Source of the DNA: Candidatus Saccharimonadota bacterium
GTDB lineage: Bacteria; Patescibacteriota; Gracilibacteria; UBA4473
Length of the DNA: 32,000 bases
Reading direction: 5' to 3'
Assembly: GCA_020632335.1 (NCBI GenBank)
Contig: JACKFV010000001.1
Span: 180,001 to 212,000 of the forward strand
In this document: in pieces, positions 31,318-32,000 of the stretch
How the letters are laid out: every line of letters starts with the position of its first letter
Position numbering within the stretch: the first letter of the stretch is position 1
Made by a program: the position numbers and the translations under genes
Notes under the pieces: generated by a model
Database searches by the model: none
The model's input: the letters and a program-made list of their open reading frames with translations, nothing else
Told to the model about the DNA's origin: nothing

Positions 31318-31536
31318 ATGAAGCACACTCCTCTTCACTCGGCTGCGTGGATCCTCGTTCTGGTCGGCGCGCTCAACTGGGGCCTTGTTGGCCTTGGTAG
31401 CTTCTTCGGCGGCAACTGGAACGTGGTGAACCTTATTTTTGGTTCTGTTCCCGTACTCGAGAGTATCATCTACCTCCTGGTAGGGATTGCCGGTGTCCTC
31501 ATGCTTACCTCCTGCGGCAGCTGCAAGACCAAGTAA
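31318..31536 (+). CDS. DUF378 domain-containing membrane protein
   Basis: 72 aa with two TM helices. The motif GALNWGLVGL is typical of DUF378. Confidence 0.82.
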   Translation: MKHTPLHSAAWILVLVGALNWGLVGLGSFFGGNWNVVNLIFGSVPVLESIIYLLVGIAGVLMLTSCGSCKTK

Positions 31537-31539
31537 TAC

Positions 31540-31568
31540 TTGCTCTCAGAGGTCAAACCCCCTAGGGT
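31540..31568 (+). promoter_or_regulatory. putative leaderless murJ promoter TTGCTC-N17-TAGGGT-N6-ATG
   Basis: The -35 is at 31540-31545, the -10 at 31563-31568, and the ATG at 31575. Confidence 0.35.
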
Positions 31569-31574
31569 CACCTC

Positions 31575-32000
31575 ATGGAATTCTGGCGGTCTATCACCCC
31601 TCCCTTGCTGCGGCTCTGGCAGAGCGGAGGGGTGTGGCTGCTCGTCAGCGCAGGGGTGAGCAAAGTGCTGGGCATCGTGCGGGATAACCTGCTGCTCAGC
31701 CTCTACCACGACCCCCACACGGTAGACGCCATCTTCACGGCCTTTCGTGTGCCGGATTTTTTCTTTGCGCTGCTCATCTCTGGCACGGTGGCGAGCCTGC
31801 TGCTGCCCCGGGTGTCGGCCCTTGGGGAGGCAGAACAACGCCAGTGCACGCAGAGCTTCTTGTGGGGGGTGATTCTCCTCTTTGGCGTGGTGGTGGGAGT
31901 GGCTATAGTCCTCGCGCCGTGGCTGCTGCGGGTCTTTGCCAGTGGCTTTACCCCCGCCGAGCAACTGCAGATCCTCCCGCTGGTACGGCTGCTTTTTGGC
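31575..32000 (+). CDS. murJ: lipid II flippase MurJ (N-terminal 142 codons; continues past the window end)
   Basis: My own translation from ATG 31575 gives ...SKVLGIVRDNLLLSLY..TVDAIFTAFRVPDFFFALLISGTVASLLLP. This matches the MurJ N-terminal signature (SR.LGF.RD......G....DAF..AF..PN). It is absent from the ORF track because there is no stop codon in the window. Confidence 0.85.
   Translation, partial: MEFWRSITPPLLRLWQSGGVWLLVSAGVSKVLGIVRDNLLLSLYHDPHTVDAIFTAFRVPDFFFALLISGTVASLLLPRVSALGEAEQRQCTQSFLWGVILLFGVVVGVAIVLAPWLLRVFASGFTPAEQLQILPLVRLLFG

Noticed and set aside
1-32000. CRISPR arrays, rRNA genes, transposases/IS elements, prophage genes
   Set aside because: Apart from the in-frame 117-bp coding repeats, I saw no regularly spaced direct repeats. 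I saw no rRNA-like conserved blocks, no terminal inverted repeats flanking an ORF, and no recognisable transposase or phage motifs in any frame.

Overview
This is a gene-dense, GC-rich bacterial chromosome segment. Hand counts of single 60-nt lines give about 60-72% G+C. Nearly all of it is housekeeping genes.

Recognisable genes:
- Ribosomal proteins rpsB-rplK-rplA, rpsF-rpsR, and rpsP with a KH-domain protein.
- valS, mnmA, trxA, yebC, a NUDIX hydrolase, gap, a short hrcA, rbfA, yigZ, and a Xer-type tyrosine recombinase.
- One tRNA, Gly(GCC) by my hand fold.
- Envelope genes: an LCP protein, murJ (runs off the 3' edge), ccdA, a DUF378 protein and a MacB/FtsX-type permease.
- comF and an ECF sigma module.
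- Several surface or secreted proteins: a polytopic protein with at least six PKD domains, an anchored DUF11-like protein, and a two-TM VirB2/TrbC-like pilin-like protein.

I saw no rRNA, CRISPR array, transposase, phage genes or recognisable defence genes. The gene content, the compact layout and a tRNA without encoded CCA suggest a small-genome uncultivated bacterium, possibly CPR or Peregrinibacteria-like. That placement is inference only.

Four things look most unusual:
1. An AT-rich island of about 0.95 kb (25440-26390). It has its own promoter, a structured leader of about 150 nt, an orphan 184-aa ORF and a strong terminator.
2. A low-GC gene next to the tRNA that encodes about five tandem 39-aa (117-bp) repeats of no family I recognise.
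3. An ECF sigma operon with a SigW-like TGAAAC-N16-CGTA promoter. Its first product is a secreted four-repeat protein with a His/Met/Gly-rich tail.
4. A recurrent TTGnnn-N16/17-TAnnnT-N6-ATG arrangement at about 15 genes, which implies widespread leaderless mRNAs. Most leadered genes instead have a C/U-rich tract, not a Shine-Dalgarno sequence, just before the ATG.

The many long antisense ORFs in the track are GC-driven shadows and were rejected. No database search or computation was possible, so all family calls rest on motifs read by eye.
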